Assembly: GCA_963707915.1 (NCBI GenBank)
Contig: OY970178.1
Coordinates: forward strand, 2,560,001-2,624,000
Length of the DNA stretch: 64,000 nt
Source: Candidatus Eiseniibacteriota bacterium
GTDB lineage: Bacteria > Eisenbacteria > RBG-16-71-46
Direction of reading: 5' to 3'
Part shown: piece after piece, positions 23,452 to 33,274 of the stretch
Numbering within the stretch: position 1 is the first letter of the stretch
Layout: each line of letters starts with the position of its first letter
Translations under genes and position numbers: made by a program
Notes under the pieces: model-generated
The model's database searches: none
The model's input: only the letters and a program-made list of their open reading frames with translations
Told to the model about the DNA's origin: nothing

Positions 23452-24339
23452 TCAGGGGACCGCGCGTGCCGGCGCGCGCTGGACCAGCGCCACGCCGGCC
23501 AGGACCACGAGCCCGCCGGCCAGGCTCGTCGGTGTCACCTTCTCGCCCAGCAGTGCCACGGCGGCGACGAGCGTCACCAGCGGCTCGAGGTAGAGGAACG
23601 CGGCCACGCGCGAAGTCTCCACCCGCGCGAGCGCCCCGCACCAGAGCAGGTAGCCGAGCCCCGAGGCGCCGATCCCCAGGTAGAGCACCGCCGCCAGCCC
23701 GGCCCCGGAGAGCGTCGCGTATTCGCGCCACCCGCCCGCGCCGACGAAGAGCGGCGCCAGCATCAACCCCCCGAACAGCATGGCCCCCGCGGTGGCGCGC
23801 AGGCTCCCGAGGCGGCGGATGGTCGCGTGCCCGAGGGTCGTGTAGATCGCCCAGTTGAGCGTGCTCGCGAACATCAGCAGGTCGCCGCGGGTGCCCGGCA
23901 GGGCGAGGAGGTCCGGGGTGACGCGTCCGCGCGAGACCACCAGCGCGGCGCCCGCGAAGCCGAGGACCAACCCGGCGACCTTGAGTGCGCCGAAGCGCTC
24001 GCGCAGGAACAGTCCCGCCAGCACCGCCGACCAGATCGGGATCAACCCGACGATCCAGCCGGCGTGCACGGCGGTCGTGAGCCGGATGCCGAAGGCCTGG
24101 AGCACCTGGTGGAAGCACACCCCGACGAAGCCCATGAGCGCGAGCGGGCCCCACGAATCGCGCGGCGGCACCAGCGGCATCCGCCGGGCGGCGAGCGTGA
24201 TCAGCAGCAGCACGGTCCCGAGCGCGGAACGCGAGAAGATGAGCGTGACGGGCGAGACCTCGCGCAGCGCCGCCTTGGTGGCGACGAACGAGACCCCCCA
24301 GAGGACGACCGCGAGGAAGGCCTGCAGGCGCGGTGGCAT
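23452..24339 (-). CDS. DMT/EamA-family transporter
   Basis: WGVSFVATK, two EamA halves, LYLEP, LLGE. Confidence 0.9.
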   Translation of the reverse strand: MPPRLQAFLAVVLWGVSFVATKAALREVSPVTLIFSRSALGTVLLLITLAARRMPLVPPRDSWGPLALMGFVGVCFHQVLQAFGIRLTTAVHAGWIVGLIPIWSAVLAGLFLRERFGALKVAGLVLGFAGAALVVSRGRVTPDLLALPGTRGDLLMFASTLNWAIYTTLGHATIRRLGSLRATAGAMLFGGLMLAPLFVGAGGWREYATLSGAGLAAVLYLGIGASGLGYLLWCGALARVETSRVAAFLYLEPLVTLVAAVALLGEKVTPTSLAGGLVVLAGVALVQRAPARAVP

Positions 24340-24357
24340 GGGAGCCTCGCGGGGGGC

Positions 24358-25053
24358 TCAGCCGGCCAGCGCCCGGTCCACCGCCGCCGTGGCGTGGAGC
24401 GCGAGCGTGTCGAAGAGGACGGCCGGGGTCTCGCCCGGCCGGATCAGCATGGGCAGCTCCGTGCACCCCAGCACGACGCCCTGTGCGCCGCGCTCGAGCA
24501 GCCGGTCCAGCTCCCGCAGGCAGGTCCGCTTCGCGGGCTCGGTGAAGCGCCCGGCCGCCAGCTCGTCGTAGATGAGCCGGTCGACCTCGCGGATCCCCTC
24601 CGCGTCCGGGACCAGCACGCGGATGCCGTGGCGCTCGGCCATGCGGCCCACCCAGAAGTCGCCGGCCATGGTGAAGCGGGTGCCCAGCAGGCCGACCGTG
24701 CGCATGCCCCGCGCGCGGATGGCGGCGGCCGTCGCGTCGGCGATGTGCAGGACCGGCAGGCCGACCGCGGCCTCGACCGGCCCGGCGACCTGGTGCAGCG
24801 TGTTGGCGGTGAGCAGCAGGAAGTCGGCGCCGGCGCCCCGGAGCCGGCGGCCGATGTCCGCGATCTCCTGCTCGACGGCCGCCCAGCCCCCGTGCTCCTG
24901 CAGCGCGAGGTGCTCCTCGAAGTCCACGTTCGACATCACCAGCTTCGCCGAGTGACGGCCGCCGAGGCGCTCCGCCACCTGCTCGTTGATGATCCGGTAG
25001 TAGTCGAGCGTGGCCCTCCACGTGAACCCGCCCACGATGCCGATGGTCTTCAT
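24358..25053 (-). CDS. Aspartate/glutamate racemase family protein (YgeA-like)
   Basis: MKTIGIVGG, LGGRHSAK, ANTLH, GLLGTRFTM, LGCTE. Confidence 0.9.
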   Translation of the reverse strand: MKTIGIVGGFTWRATLDYYRIINEQVAERLGGRHSAKLVMSNVDFEEHLALQEHGGWAAVEQEIADIGRRLRGAGADFLLLTANTLHQVAGPVEAAVGLPVLHIADATAAAIRARGMRTVGLLGTRFTMAGDFWVGRMAERHGIRVLVPDAEGIREVDRLIYDELAAGRFTEPAKRTCLRELDRLLERGAQGVVLGCTELPMLIRPGETPAVLFDTLALHATAAVDRALAG

Positions 25054-25081
25054 GCGGATCCCCTCCCGCGCGCCGCCGGGC

Positions 25082-27127
25082 TCACTTGCTCCCCTCGAGG
25101 CCGAGCCGCCCGATCACGCTCTCGGCGACGAGCAACAGCAGCGCCAGCGAAACGAACCAGGTCCACAGCTCGCGCCCGAAGCGGGCCTCCCGCACGCGGC
25201 GCGCGAGGTCCGCGCCCGGCGGGACGAGCTGGGCGCGCCCGGCGGGGAACGCGCGCAGCAGCGCCGCCCCGGGGACGGCCGCCAGGTCCGACTCGCGCGG
25301 GTCCGGGTTCACGGCGAAGGTGTTGCGCACCGCCGCGCCCTGGATCACGCGGTAGAGCCCGGTCCGCTCGAGCGGCACCGAGACCAGGCGCGTCGCGCCC
25401 GCCGCGGCCACCAGCTCGGCCGGCACCTCGCGGCCGCGCTCGTCCTCGATGCGCCACAGGCCGGTCGCCGCGGGCGCGCGGTAGCGTTCGCCCGGCAGCC
25501 AGGAGGCGGCCGCCGTGCCGCGGCCCAGCACCTTGACGGCCTGGTGCAGGAGCGGCAGGAACGCCCCGCTCACCGGGAAGTCGGAGGCCTGCGGGTCGAG
25601 CCCCGCCGCGAAGGCCAGCACGCGCGTGCCCTCGACCAGCGCGGGGTGCGCGCGGTCGAACTCGAGCAGCGTGCGGGCGCCCCGGGCGGGGGCGAACTCG
25701 CGGATGGCACGGAAACGCGCGGTGGTGAGCGGTTCCCCCGGCCGCGCGGGGAAGCCCGCGAGCACGGCGTGGCCGGCGAGCGAGCGCAGCAGGCGCCAGG
25801 CGGCCTCGGGCGCCGCCTGGCGGGTGGCGCCGAGCGTGCCGAGGCCGGCCTCGCGCAACAGCGAGCCGTTCCAGAAGCCGGCGTCGGCGCGCGCGCCGAG
25901 GATGACGAGCACGGCCCCGCCCGAGCGCTGGAAGTCGAGCACGGCCTGCGTCTCCATCGCGCCCAGCCGCTCGAGGTCGTTCAGGACCAGCACGTCCGCG
26001 CCGGCGAGGCGCGCGGGCAGCGCGGCCCCGTCCACGGTCTCGACCGCGAGGCCCGAGGCCGGGGTCCCCGCCTCGAGCGCGAGCCGGAGCGCGGAGGGCG
26101 GGCCGTCCTCGCGCAGCACGACGCGCAGCGTCCCGGAGCGGCCCGCCGCGAACACGCGGCGGTTGTCGAGCGGCAGCGGATCGTCCGGGATGGTGACCAC
26201 GCCACCCTGGTCGGGGACGCGCGCCAGTGGCAGGAGCGTCGCCGCGGCGCCGCGCGCGGGCAGGCCGAGGAAGCCGCGCGCCAGCTCGGCGCCGTTCTGG
26301 GCATCGTGCGCCTCGACGGCGAGATCGCCGGGGCTCGCGCCGTACGACGTGGCCGACACGGTGAGCGCGAGGCCGCTCTCCGTGGGGGCGAGCGCGGCGT
26401 CGGTGAGGGCCACGTTGGCGCGGCTGCGCGGGGCGAGCGGGACCAGGTAGGCGCGCGCCTGCCCCCAGGGCCCGGCGGGCGCGGCGCCGAACGCCCCGTC
26501 GGGGAATCCCGCGGCCTGGAAGTCCGAGATCCAGAACAGCTCGCGGTTGAGCGCGTGCGTGCCGGCCAGCGCGCGGGCGGCGAACTCGAGCGCCGCGCGG
26601 TGGTCGGTCGTCATGGCCCCCGCGTCGAGCGCCTGCGCCGCGACGCGCAACCGCCCCACGTCCCCGCTCGGTCGCGCGCTCCCGGGTCGCGGGACGACGT
26701 CGTAGGGGACCAGCAGCAGCTCGTCGGACGGCCCGAGCGTGGTGAGGAGGTCCTCGACCACCCGGCGCGCCTGCCCGGCGAGCGTCGCGGCCGGTCCTCC
26801 GGGGACCGCGCCGCCGGCCGCGCCCATGCTGCCGCTGACGTCCACCAGCGCGACCACGGTGGTGGCGGCGCCGGAACCGGCGCCGGTGCTGCGCACCGCC
26901 GGCCGCGCCAGGGCCAGCGCGATCGCGGCCACCGCCAGCGTGCGCAGCAGCAGCAGCAGCCACTGCTTCAGGCGCAGGCGGCGGATCTCGCTCTGGTTCA
27001 CCTCGGAGAGGAACTCGATGGAGGGGAACGGACGCTCGCGTGGGCGCCGCCGCGTGAACAGGTGGATGACGACCGGGATGGCGGCGGCGAGCAGGCCGAG
27101 GAGGAAGAGCGGGTTGAGGAAGCTCAT
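25082..27127 (-). CDS. BatA-domain/vWA membrane protein
   Basis: MSFLNP..PVVIHL..LLLLLRTL..LARP, DVSGSM MIDAS motif, C-terminal AVNP..ES + TM. Confidence 0.88.
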   Translation of the reverse strand: MSFLNPLFLLGLLAAAIPVVIHLFTRRRPRERPFPSIEFLSEVNQSEIRRLRLKQWLLLLLRTLAVAAIALALARPAVRSTGAGSGAATTVVALVDVSGSMGAAGGAVPGGPAATLAGQARRVVEDLLTTLGPSDELLLVPYDVVPRPGSARPSGDVGRLRVAAQALDAGAMTTDHRAALEFAARALAGTHALNRELFWISDFQAAGFPDGAFGAAPAGPWGQARAYLVPLAPRSRANVALTDAALAPTESGLALTVSATSYGASPGDLAVEAHDAQNGAELARGFLGLPARGAAATLLPLARVPDQGGVVTIPDDPLPLDNRRVFAAGRSGTLRVVLREDGPPSALRLALEAGTPASGLAVETVDGAALPARLAGADVLVLNDLERLGAMETQAVLDFQRSGGAVLVILGARADAGFWNGSLLREAGLGTLGATRQAAPEAAWRLLRSLAGHAVLAGFPARPGEPLTTARFRAIREFAPARGARTLLEFDRAHPALVEGTRVLAFAAGLDPQASDFPVSGAFLPLLHQAVKVLGRGTAAASWLPGERYRAPAATGLWRIEDERGREVPAELVAAAGATRLVSVPLERTGLYRVIQGAAVRNTFAVNPDPRESDLAAVPGAALLRAFPAGRAQLVPPGADLARRVREARFGRELWTWFVSLALLLLVAESVIGRLGLEGSK

Positions 27128-27236
27128 CGTCCGCCCCTGCGCCGCGCGGGGCCCGTCCCGGCTCGCGCGGCCGCCGTGGGCCCGCGGCCGCCGGGGCGCG
27201 CGCCCCCGCGGGGCGCCGCGACGCCGCGGCGCGGGA

Positions 27237-28199
27237 TCACAGCAGCCTCGCGCGCTTCTCCAGGTACGCGAGCAACGCCTGGTCGAACGGGGTGCGGGTG
27301 TCGATCTGGACGTAGTCGATGCGGTTCTCGCGGCACTGCCGCCGGTACTGGGCGGTCCACGCCGCGAGCCGCTCGCGGTAGCGGCGCGCGATCTCCCACG
27401 GCTCGGTGGTGAGGCGCTCGCCGCTCTCCAGGTCCACGAAGGTCGTGCTGTCGGTGTAGGGGAAGTCGAGCTCCTCGGGATCGAGGACGTGGAAGACCAC
27501 CACCTCGTGGTGGTCGTGGCGGAAGTGCTGCAGGCCCGCCAGCACCTCGCCCGGCCGGTCCATGAGGTCCGAGCACAGCACGACCAGGCCGCGGCGCTTG
27601 ATGCGCTCGGCCAGCTCGTGCAGCGCGGGCCCGAGCCGCGTGCGGCCCTGCGGCTCGATCCCGCCGAGCGTCTTGAGCACGACGTCGAGGTGCGAGCGCA
27701 CGGCGCGCGCCGGCACGTAGCGCAGCGGCCGCTCGGCGAACAACAGCAGCCCCACGGCGTCCTGCTGGTGGAGCATGAGCCAGGCGAGCGACGCGGCCAG
27801 GCACTGCGCGTACTCGAGCTTGGTCATCACGGCGCGCGCCGAGCGGAACCCCATCGAGCCCGAGAAGTCGACGAGCAGGTGGCAGCGCAGGTTGGTCTCC
27901 TCGTTGTACTGCTTGACGAGGAAGCGGTCGGTGCGCGCCCAGACCTTCCAGTCGAGGCTCTTGAGCGGGTCGCCGGGCATGTAGGGCCGGTGCTCGGCGA
28001 ACTCGACGCTGAAGCCGTGGAAGGGCGAGCGGTGCATGCCGGCGATGAAGCCCTCGACCACCAGCCGCGCGCGCACGTCGAGGTGCGAGAGCCGCGCGAC
28101 CACCGCGGGGTCGAGCAGCTCCCGGCCGGCGGGGCGTGTGCCCGCCAGCCCCAGGTCGGGCCGCGCGCCGGACCCGGAGCGCGGGAAGGAGGCGCTCAC
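27237..28199 (-). CDS. DUF58 domain protein
   Basis: GMHRSPFHGFSVEFAEHRPYMPGD, DWKVWAR, DFSGSM. Confidence 0.92.
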   Translation of the reverse strand: MSASFPRSGSGARPDLGLAGTRPAGRELLDPAVVARLSHLDVRARLVVEGFIAGMHRSPFHGFSVEFAEHRPYMPGDPLKSLDWKVWARTDRFLVKQYNEETNLRCHLLVDFSGSMGFRSARAVMTKLEYAQCLAASLAWLMLHQQDAVGLLLFAERPLRYVPARAVRSHLDVVLKTLGGIEPQGRTRLGPALHELAERIKRRGLVVLCSDLMDRPGEVLAGLQHFRHDHHEVVVFHVLDPEELDFPYTDSTTFVDLESGERLTTEPWEIARRYRERLAAWTAQYRRQCRENRIDYVQIDTRTPFDQALLAYLEKRARLL

Positions 28200-29551
28200 G
28201 CCACCCGCCTCCCGCGCCAGGCGAAGTACACCGGGAAGCCCAGCGCGGCGATGATCACGCCGGCCGCCGCGCGCCAGCCGCTCGCCGACAGGTCGCTCGC
28301 GATGATGGCCACGGTGACCAGGATGAAGAGGATGGGCGTGAGCGGGTAGAGCGGCGTGCGGTACTCGGAGAGCCGCCGGCCGGATTCGCGCTCGCGACGG
28401 CGCTGGACGAACAGCGCCGCGGTGGTCACGCCGTAGAACAGCCACATGGTGGTCACGAACCAGCCCGAGACGTCCTCGAACGAGCTGGCGATCCACAGCC
28501 ACAGGCAGGCCAGTGCCGCCTGCAGCCACAACGCGCGGTCGGGCGAGCCGCGCCGGGGGTCCACGTGGGCGAGCGGCGTCCACAGCAGGCCGTCGGCGGC
28601 CATCGCGAGCGTGACGCGCGGCCCGGTGAGGATCGCGCCGTTCACCGTGCCGAAGGCCGAGACCGCGACCAGCACGGCCAGCGCACGGCTGCCCCAGGGC
28701 CCGAGCAGGCGGCGCATGGTCTCCGCTCCCACCACCGGGTAGGCGGCCACCTCGCCCGGCGTGAGCACGCGGAAGTAGGCCAGGTTGGTCACCACGTAGA
28801 TGGCGATGACCAGCGCGGTGCCCCACAGGATGGCGATCGGGAGGTTGCGCTTCGGCTCCACGATCTCGCCGCCCACGTAGGTGGCGTCGGTCCAGCCGTC
28901 GTAGGCGAACAGCACCGGGATCATCGCCAGCACCAGGGCGAGCAGCAGCGGCCGCGCGACGCGCAACGTGGCGGCCGGCGCGTCGGCCAGCGGGCCGGAG
29001 TGCGGGAGCGCGAAGGCCGCCACGCACAGCGCGGCGATGCCCAGCACCTTGAGCGTGGTGAAGAGCGACGCCGTGCCCGCGCCCTCGCGCGCGCCCAGCG
29101 CGTTGATGCCGGTCAGCAGCAGGATCGCCGCGCAGCCCACTGGCAGCAGCACGCCGCGCGGCAGGCCCACGGCGTCGCAGAAGTACTCGGCGAACACGAA
29201 GGTGATGGCCGCGATCAGCGTGGGCTTGATGACCCAGAGGTTGGCCCAGCCGAAGGTGAAGGCCCAGGCGTCGCCGAAGCCCTCGCGGATGAAGACGTAG
29301 AGCCCGCCGGTCTTCGGCTGCGCCACCGCCAGCTCCACCAGGGCGAGCGAGCCGCACAGCGAGAGCATGCCACCGACGACCCAGACGGCGATCATCGCGG
29401 GCGCCTGGTCGAGGAACTGCGCGACCGAGTTCGGCGACTTGAAGATGCCCGAGCCGACGATGTTGCCGACCGTGATGGCCGTGGCGGCGTAGAGGCCGAT
29501 CTGGCGCTTGAGGTCCACTTCCGGGCGTGGCGCGTGCGGGGCGGGAGCCAT
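28196..29551 (-). CDS. APC-family amino acid permease
   Basis: VGSGIF, EL..P..GG.Y, FAYDGW, E...PKRNLP; about 12 TM segments. Confidence 0.92.
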   Translation of the reverse strand: MAPAPHAPRPEVDLKRQIGLYAATAITVGNIVGSGIFKSPNSVAQFLDQAPAMIAVWVVGGMLSLCGSLALVELAVAQPKTGGLYVFIREGFGDAWAFTFGWANLWVIKPTLIAAITFVFAEYFCDAVGLPRGVLLPVGCAAILLLTGINALGAREGAGTASLFTTLKVLGIAALCVAAFALPHSGPLADAPAATLRVARPLLLALVLAMIPVLFAYDGWTDATYVGGEIVEPKRNLPIAILWGTALVIAIYVVTNLAYFRVLTPGEVAAYPVVGAETMRRLLGPWGSRALAVLVAVSAFGTVNGAILTGPRVTLAMAADGLLWTPLAHVDPRRGSPDRALWLQAALACLWLWIASSFEDVSGWFVTTMWLFYGVTTAALFVQRRRERESGRRLSEYRTPLYPLTPILFILVTVAIIASDLSASGWRAAAGVIIAALGFPVYFAWRGRRVA

Positions 29552-29558
29552 GCGCGGG

Positions 29559-30578
29559 CTACTCGGTCGGCACCGTCTTGAGCAGTTCCCGGATGATGCG
29601 CTCGGGCTTCACGCCCTCGGCCTCGGCGGTGAAGTTGGTGACGATGCGGTGGCGCAGCACGGCGGGCGCGACGGCCTGCACGTCCTCGATGCCCGGGGCG
29701 AAACGGCCGTGCAGCACGGCGCGCGTCTTCGCGCCGAGCACCAGGTACTGCGAGGCCCGCGGGCCCGCGCCCCACGAGACCCACTGGCGCACGAACTCGG
29801 GCGCCTCCGCGCCGCCCTCGGCCAGGGCCCCGCCGCGCGTCGCGCGCGCCAGCCGCACGGCGTAGCGCACCACGTGCTCGCCCGCCGGGACGCGGCGGAT
29901 GAGCTGCTGCAGGGCGAGGATGTCCGCGCCCGACAGCACGCGCTCGAGCTTCGCCTCGTAGGCCGAGGTGGTGGTGGCGACGATGCGCTCCTCCTCGTCG
30001 CGGCCCGGGTAGTCCACCAAGACGTTGAACATGAAGCGGTCGAGCTGCGCCTCGGGCAGCGGGTAGGTGCCCTCGAGCTCGATGGGGTTCTGGGTCGCGA
30101 GCACGAAGAACGGCAGCGCCAGCGGGAAGGTCTGCCCGCTGGTGGTGACCTCCTTCTCCTGCATGGCCTGCAGGAGCGCCGCCTGGGTCTTCGGGGGGGT
30201 TCGGTTGATCTCGTCCGCCAGCACGATGTTCGCGAACACCGGCCCGTGGATGAAGCGGAAGGAGCGCCGCCCGGTGGCGTGGTCCTCCTCGATGATGTCG
30301 GTGCCGGTGATGTCGCTCGGCATGAGGTCGGGGGTGAACTGGATGCGGCTGAACTTGAGGTCCAGCACCCGCGCCAGGCTCGAGATGAGCAGGGTCTTGG
30401 CGAGCCCCGGCACGCCCACCAGCAGCACGTGGCCGTTGGCGAACAGGGCGGTCAGCAGCTGCTCGACCACCAGGTCCTGGCCCACGATGACCTTGTGCAG
30501 CTCGGCGAGGATCTTCTCCCGCGCCGCCTTCAGGCGCTCGACGGCCTGCAGGTCGGAACCGGCAGCTTCGGGGCTCAC
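29559..30578 (-). CDS. MoxR-family AAA+ ATPase
   Basis: GVPGLAKT, RIQFTPDLMPSD, LADEINR, ATQNPIE, YPLPEAQLDRF; GTG start after GAGGT. Confidence 0.94.
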   Translation of the reverse strand: MSPEAAGSDLQAVERLKAAREKILAELHKVIVGQDLVVEQLLTALFANGHVLLVGVPGLAKTLLISSLARVLDLKFSRIQFTPDLMPSDITGTDIIEEDHATGRRSFRFIHGPVFANIVLADEINRTPPKTQAALLQAMQEKEVTTSGQTFPLALPFFVLATQNPIELEGTYPLPEAQLDRFMFNVLVDYPGRDEEERIVATTTSAYEAKLERVLSGADILALQQLIRRVPAGEHVVRYAVRLARATRGGALAEGGAEAPEFVRQWVSWGAGPRASQYLVLGAKTRAVLHGRFAPGIEDVQAVAPAVLRHRIVTNFTAEAEGVKPERIIRELLKTVPTE

Positions 30579-30723
30579 GCGCACCTCGGGGGTCGGGAAG
30601 ACGGCGGGCGCGCACGCCGCGCGCACCAGGCTCGAATGGAGGCGAAAGCCTAGCACGCGCCGCGAACGGGCGACAATCGCGGGACGACGACCGGACGGAC
30701 GCGCGACCCGCGCGGCGGCGGGC

Positions 30724-33177
30724 CTACTCGATCCGCACCAGCTTGGCGGGTCTCGCCGCGTTCCCGCCGCGCGCGAAGTAGAGCCCGGGGGCGACCGCCT
30801 GCCCGGAGTCGTCGCGGCCGTCCCAGGCGAACGCGCCGCCGCCGTCGAGCACGGCGCTGCGCCGCAGCCGGCCCGAGAGGTCGAAGATGGCGACGCGCGT
30901 CCCGGCCGGCCCCGAGACGCGCAGTGCGGCGCGGAACGGGTTGGGCGCGAAGCGCAGCGGCGCGCCGGGCCCGCCGTTGCAGGCCGTGGCGCGGACCAGG
31001 ATCGGCGCGTCGGCCGAGGCCTGGTCGCGCTGCGTGCCGTGCTCGTCGCGGGCCGTCACGCGCAACGCGCCGCCGCCCGGCCAGGCCCCGCACGGGACGG
31101 TCACGCCCGCCGCCCCGGCCGTCCCCGCCGCGCGCGCGAGCGCCAGCGGCGGCCGCCCGGCCTGAACCAGGTCCACCTCGACCGACGTGACCTCGTCCGG
31201 ATCGCTCGCCGTCCAGCGCACGGTGAGGGTGTCGCCCGGGGCCAGCGTGTCGCCGGGCGCGGGGGCGAGCAGCGTCACCGTGGGCGGGCGGTCCACCCGG
31301 CCCAGGACGGTGAAGCCGAAGCGGGTTTGCGTCGGCGGCAGCGGCACGTAGTCGTCATCGGTGCAGCCGGGACAATCGGTGGCGGGGAGACGGTAGAGGT
31401 AGCCGCGCAGCGTGAACCAGCGCGCCGCGCCCGGCAGCGTGGTGCCGGGCGGGGTCCACTCCACCACCTCGGCCCAGGGCACGAGATACGGCAGGCGCCA
31501 GCCGCCGCGCACCGTGGTCGTGCCGCCCACGCGCGGCCACACGCGCACCGGCCCGAGGAACGAGTCGGGCAGCGCCAGGCGGGCGGTGACCTCCACCAGC
31601 TCCGCGGCGTGGCGCCCGCTCCAGTGGCCGAGCGTGCCGGCGCCACCCTCTTCGACCTGCAGCGTGTCGGCGCCCAGCGGGCGGAAGGACTGGCCCGCCA
31701 CCTCGTCGTGCCAGATGCCGATCCCCGGCCCGACGGCCTCCAGCGCGGCTGCCGCATCGAGCCTTCCCCAACCGGTCATCGCATCCACCCCCGGCGCCCC
31801 GATGTCGTGCGCGCTCTCGCGCAGCACGTGCTTGAAGTCCACGTCGGTGAGCTCGGGCCGCGCGGCGGCGAGCAACCCCACCGCGCCGGTCACGAACGGA
31901 GCGGCGAAGGAGGTCCCGGACGTGGCGACGTAGCCGTGGTAGACCGTGCCGACGGCGTTGGGGTAGGTCATGTACGTGGTCCAGATGTCCAGGCCCGGCG
32001 CCACGAGGTCCATGTCGGGCCCGTAGGACGACCAGTAGGTGCGCTGGTCGAACCGGTCGGAGGCCCCCACCTGGATGCCCAGCCCGTCCGCGGCGTAGAT
32101 GGCGGGGTACCTCGCGCCGGGGCCGGGGTAGCCGCTGTTGCCGGAGGCCACCACCACGACGCAGCCGCGGACGAGGGCCCAGTGCATGGCCAGGCGCTCG
32201 AGCCGGCTGGGGCCGAGGCTGGCGTACGAGAGGTTCATGGCGCGCGCGCCCACCGCGGTGGCGTACAGCGCGGCGGCGGCGATGGCGTACGACGTCGTGT
32301 TCCCGCTGTGGAAGGGCGAGATCTTGAGGGGCACGATGCGGCAGCCGAAGTTGCCCCGCCCGTCGCCGCCGCACACCCCTGCCACCCCGAGCGAGTCGAA
32401 GTGCGGCCCGTCGTTGGTGCGCGCGGCCATCACGCCCGCGACCCCCGTGCCGTGGTAGTTCGAGTCGGCGACGGCGTCCGCGGGCTCCAGGCTTGTGAGG
32501 TTCGCCGCGTGGACGATGCGCGGCGAGCCGTCCGGCATGGTGGCGGCGAGGTCGGGGTGCGCGGGGTCGATCCCGGTGTCGGCCACGGCGAGCAGGACGT
32601 CGTTCGATCCGGAACCGAGCGCCCAGGCCGCGAGCGCCTGGATGTCGGCGCCGGCGACGCCGCCCCAGGGGGAGGCGGGCCCGAGGTTGCGCAGACCCCA
32701 CTGGCGGCCGTCGCGCAGCAGGGGATCGTCCGGGACGGGCGGATCGAGGGGCAGTACGGCGAGCTCGCGCACGCGGTTGGGCTCGGCCCACTCCACCGCC
32801 GGGTCGGCGAGCAGCGCGGCGAGCGCGGTGGCGGCGGTGGCCGAGTCGGGTGCTTCGAGCAACCAGACGCGCTCCGGGGCGAGCGCGAAGGGGCCGCTCT
32901 CCGTGTCCGGTGCCCGGAGGCGGAGCGCGGCACCGCCGCCGCTCTCCGCGGGAATGGCGGGCGGGAGCCGGCTGGCGAGCGACTCGCGGAAGCGCAGGCC
33001 GAGGGCCTCGAGGCGCGCACTCAGCGCGGCCCGGGTCTCGCGGGCGGCGGTGCCGGTGCTTGGGGGCGCGAGCGCCACCACCAGCTCGCGCGCGGGGTCG
33101 GCCAGGGCGGCGGGCGCGACCACGGCCGGGAGGATCGAGAGGGCGGCCGCGAGCAGCGGGTTGCGGAGAAGGGACAT
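30724..33177 (-). CDS. Secreted S8 subtilisin-like serine protease with FlgD/T9SS-like C-terminal domain
   Basis: Catalytic triad motifs VADTG, HGTGVAG, SGTSFAAP; C-terminal PNPF..IFDLSGR..WDGRDDSG..PGLYF. Confidence 0.9.
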   Translation of the reverse strand: MSLLRNPLLAAALSILPAVVAPAALADPARELVVALAPPSTGTAARETRAALSARLEALGLRFRESLASRLPPAIPAESGGGAALRLRAPDTESGPFALAPERVWLLEAPDSATAATALAALLADPAVEWAEPNRVRELAVLPLDPPVPDDPLLRDGRQWGLRNLGPASPWGGVAGADIQALAAWALGSGSNDVLLAVADTGIDPAHPDLAATMPDGSPRIVHAANLTSLEPADAVADSNYHGTGVAGVMAARTNDGPHFDSLGVAGVCGGDGRGNFGCRIVPLKISPFHSGNTTSYAIAAAALYATAVGARAMNLSYASLGPSRLERLAMHWALVRGCVVVVASGNSGYPGPGARYPAIYAADGLGIQVGASDRFDQRTYWSSYGPDMDLVAPGLDIWTTYMTYPNAVGTVYHGYVATSGTSFAAPFVTGAVGLLAAARPELTDVDFKHVLRESAHDIGAPGVDAMTGWGRLDAAAALEAVGPGIGIWHDEVAGQSFRPLGADTLQVEEGGAGTLGHWSGRHAAELVEVTARLALPDSFLGPVRVWPRVGGTTTVRGGWRLPYLVPWAEVVEWTPPGTTLPGAARWFTLRGYLYRLPATDCPGCTDDDYVPLPPTQTRFGFTVLGRVDRPPTVTLLAPAPGDTLAPGDTLTVRWTASDPDEVTSVEVDLVQAGRPPLALARAAGTAGAAGVTVPCGAWPGGGALRVTARDEHGTQRDQASADAPILVRATACNGGPGAPLRFAPNPFRAALRVSGPAGTRVAIFDLSGRLRRSAVLDGGGAFAWDGRDDSGQAVAPGLYFARGGNAARPAKLVRIE

Positions 33178-33232
33178 GGGATCCAGCGCGGGAGGCGGGT
33201 CGGAGGGGGCGCGGTGGACGGCGGGACTCATG

Positions 33233-33247
33233 GCAAGCGGCGTGCCC
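33233..33247 (-). promoter_or_regulatory. Putative sigma-54 (-24/-12) promoter of the S8 protease
   Basis: Minus strand GGGCACGCCGCTTGC (GG-N10-GC, near-consensus), about 55 bp upstream of the ATG at 33177. Confidence 0.55.
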
Positions 33248-33274
33248 GGTGCGGACGGGTGGCGTCGCCCGTTC

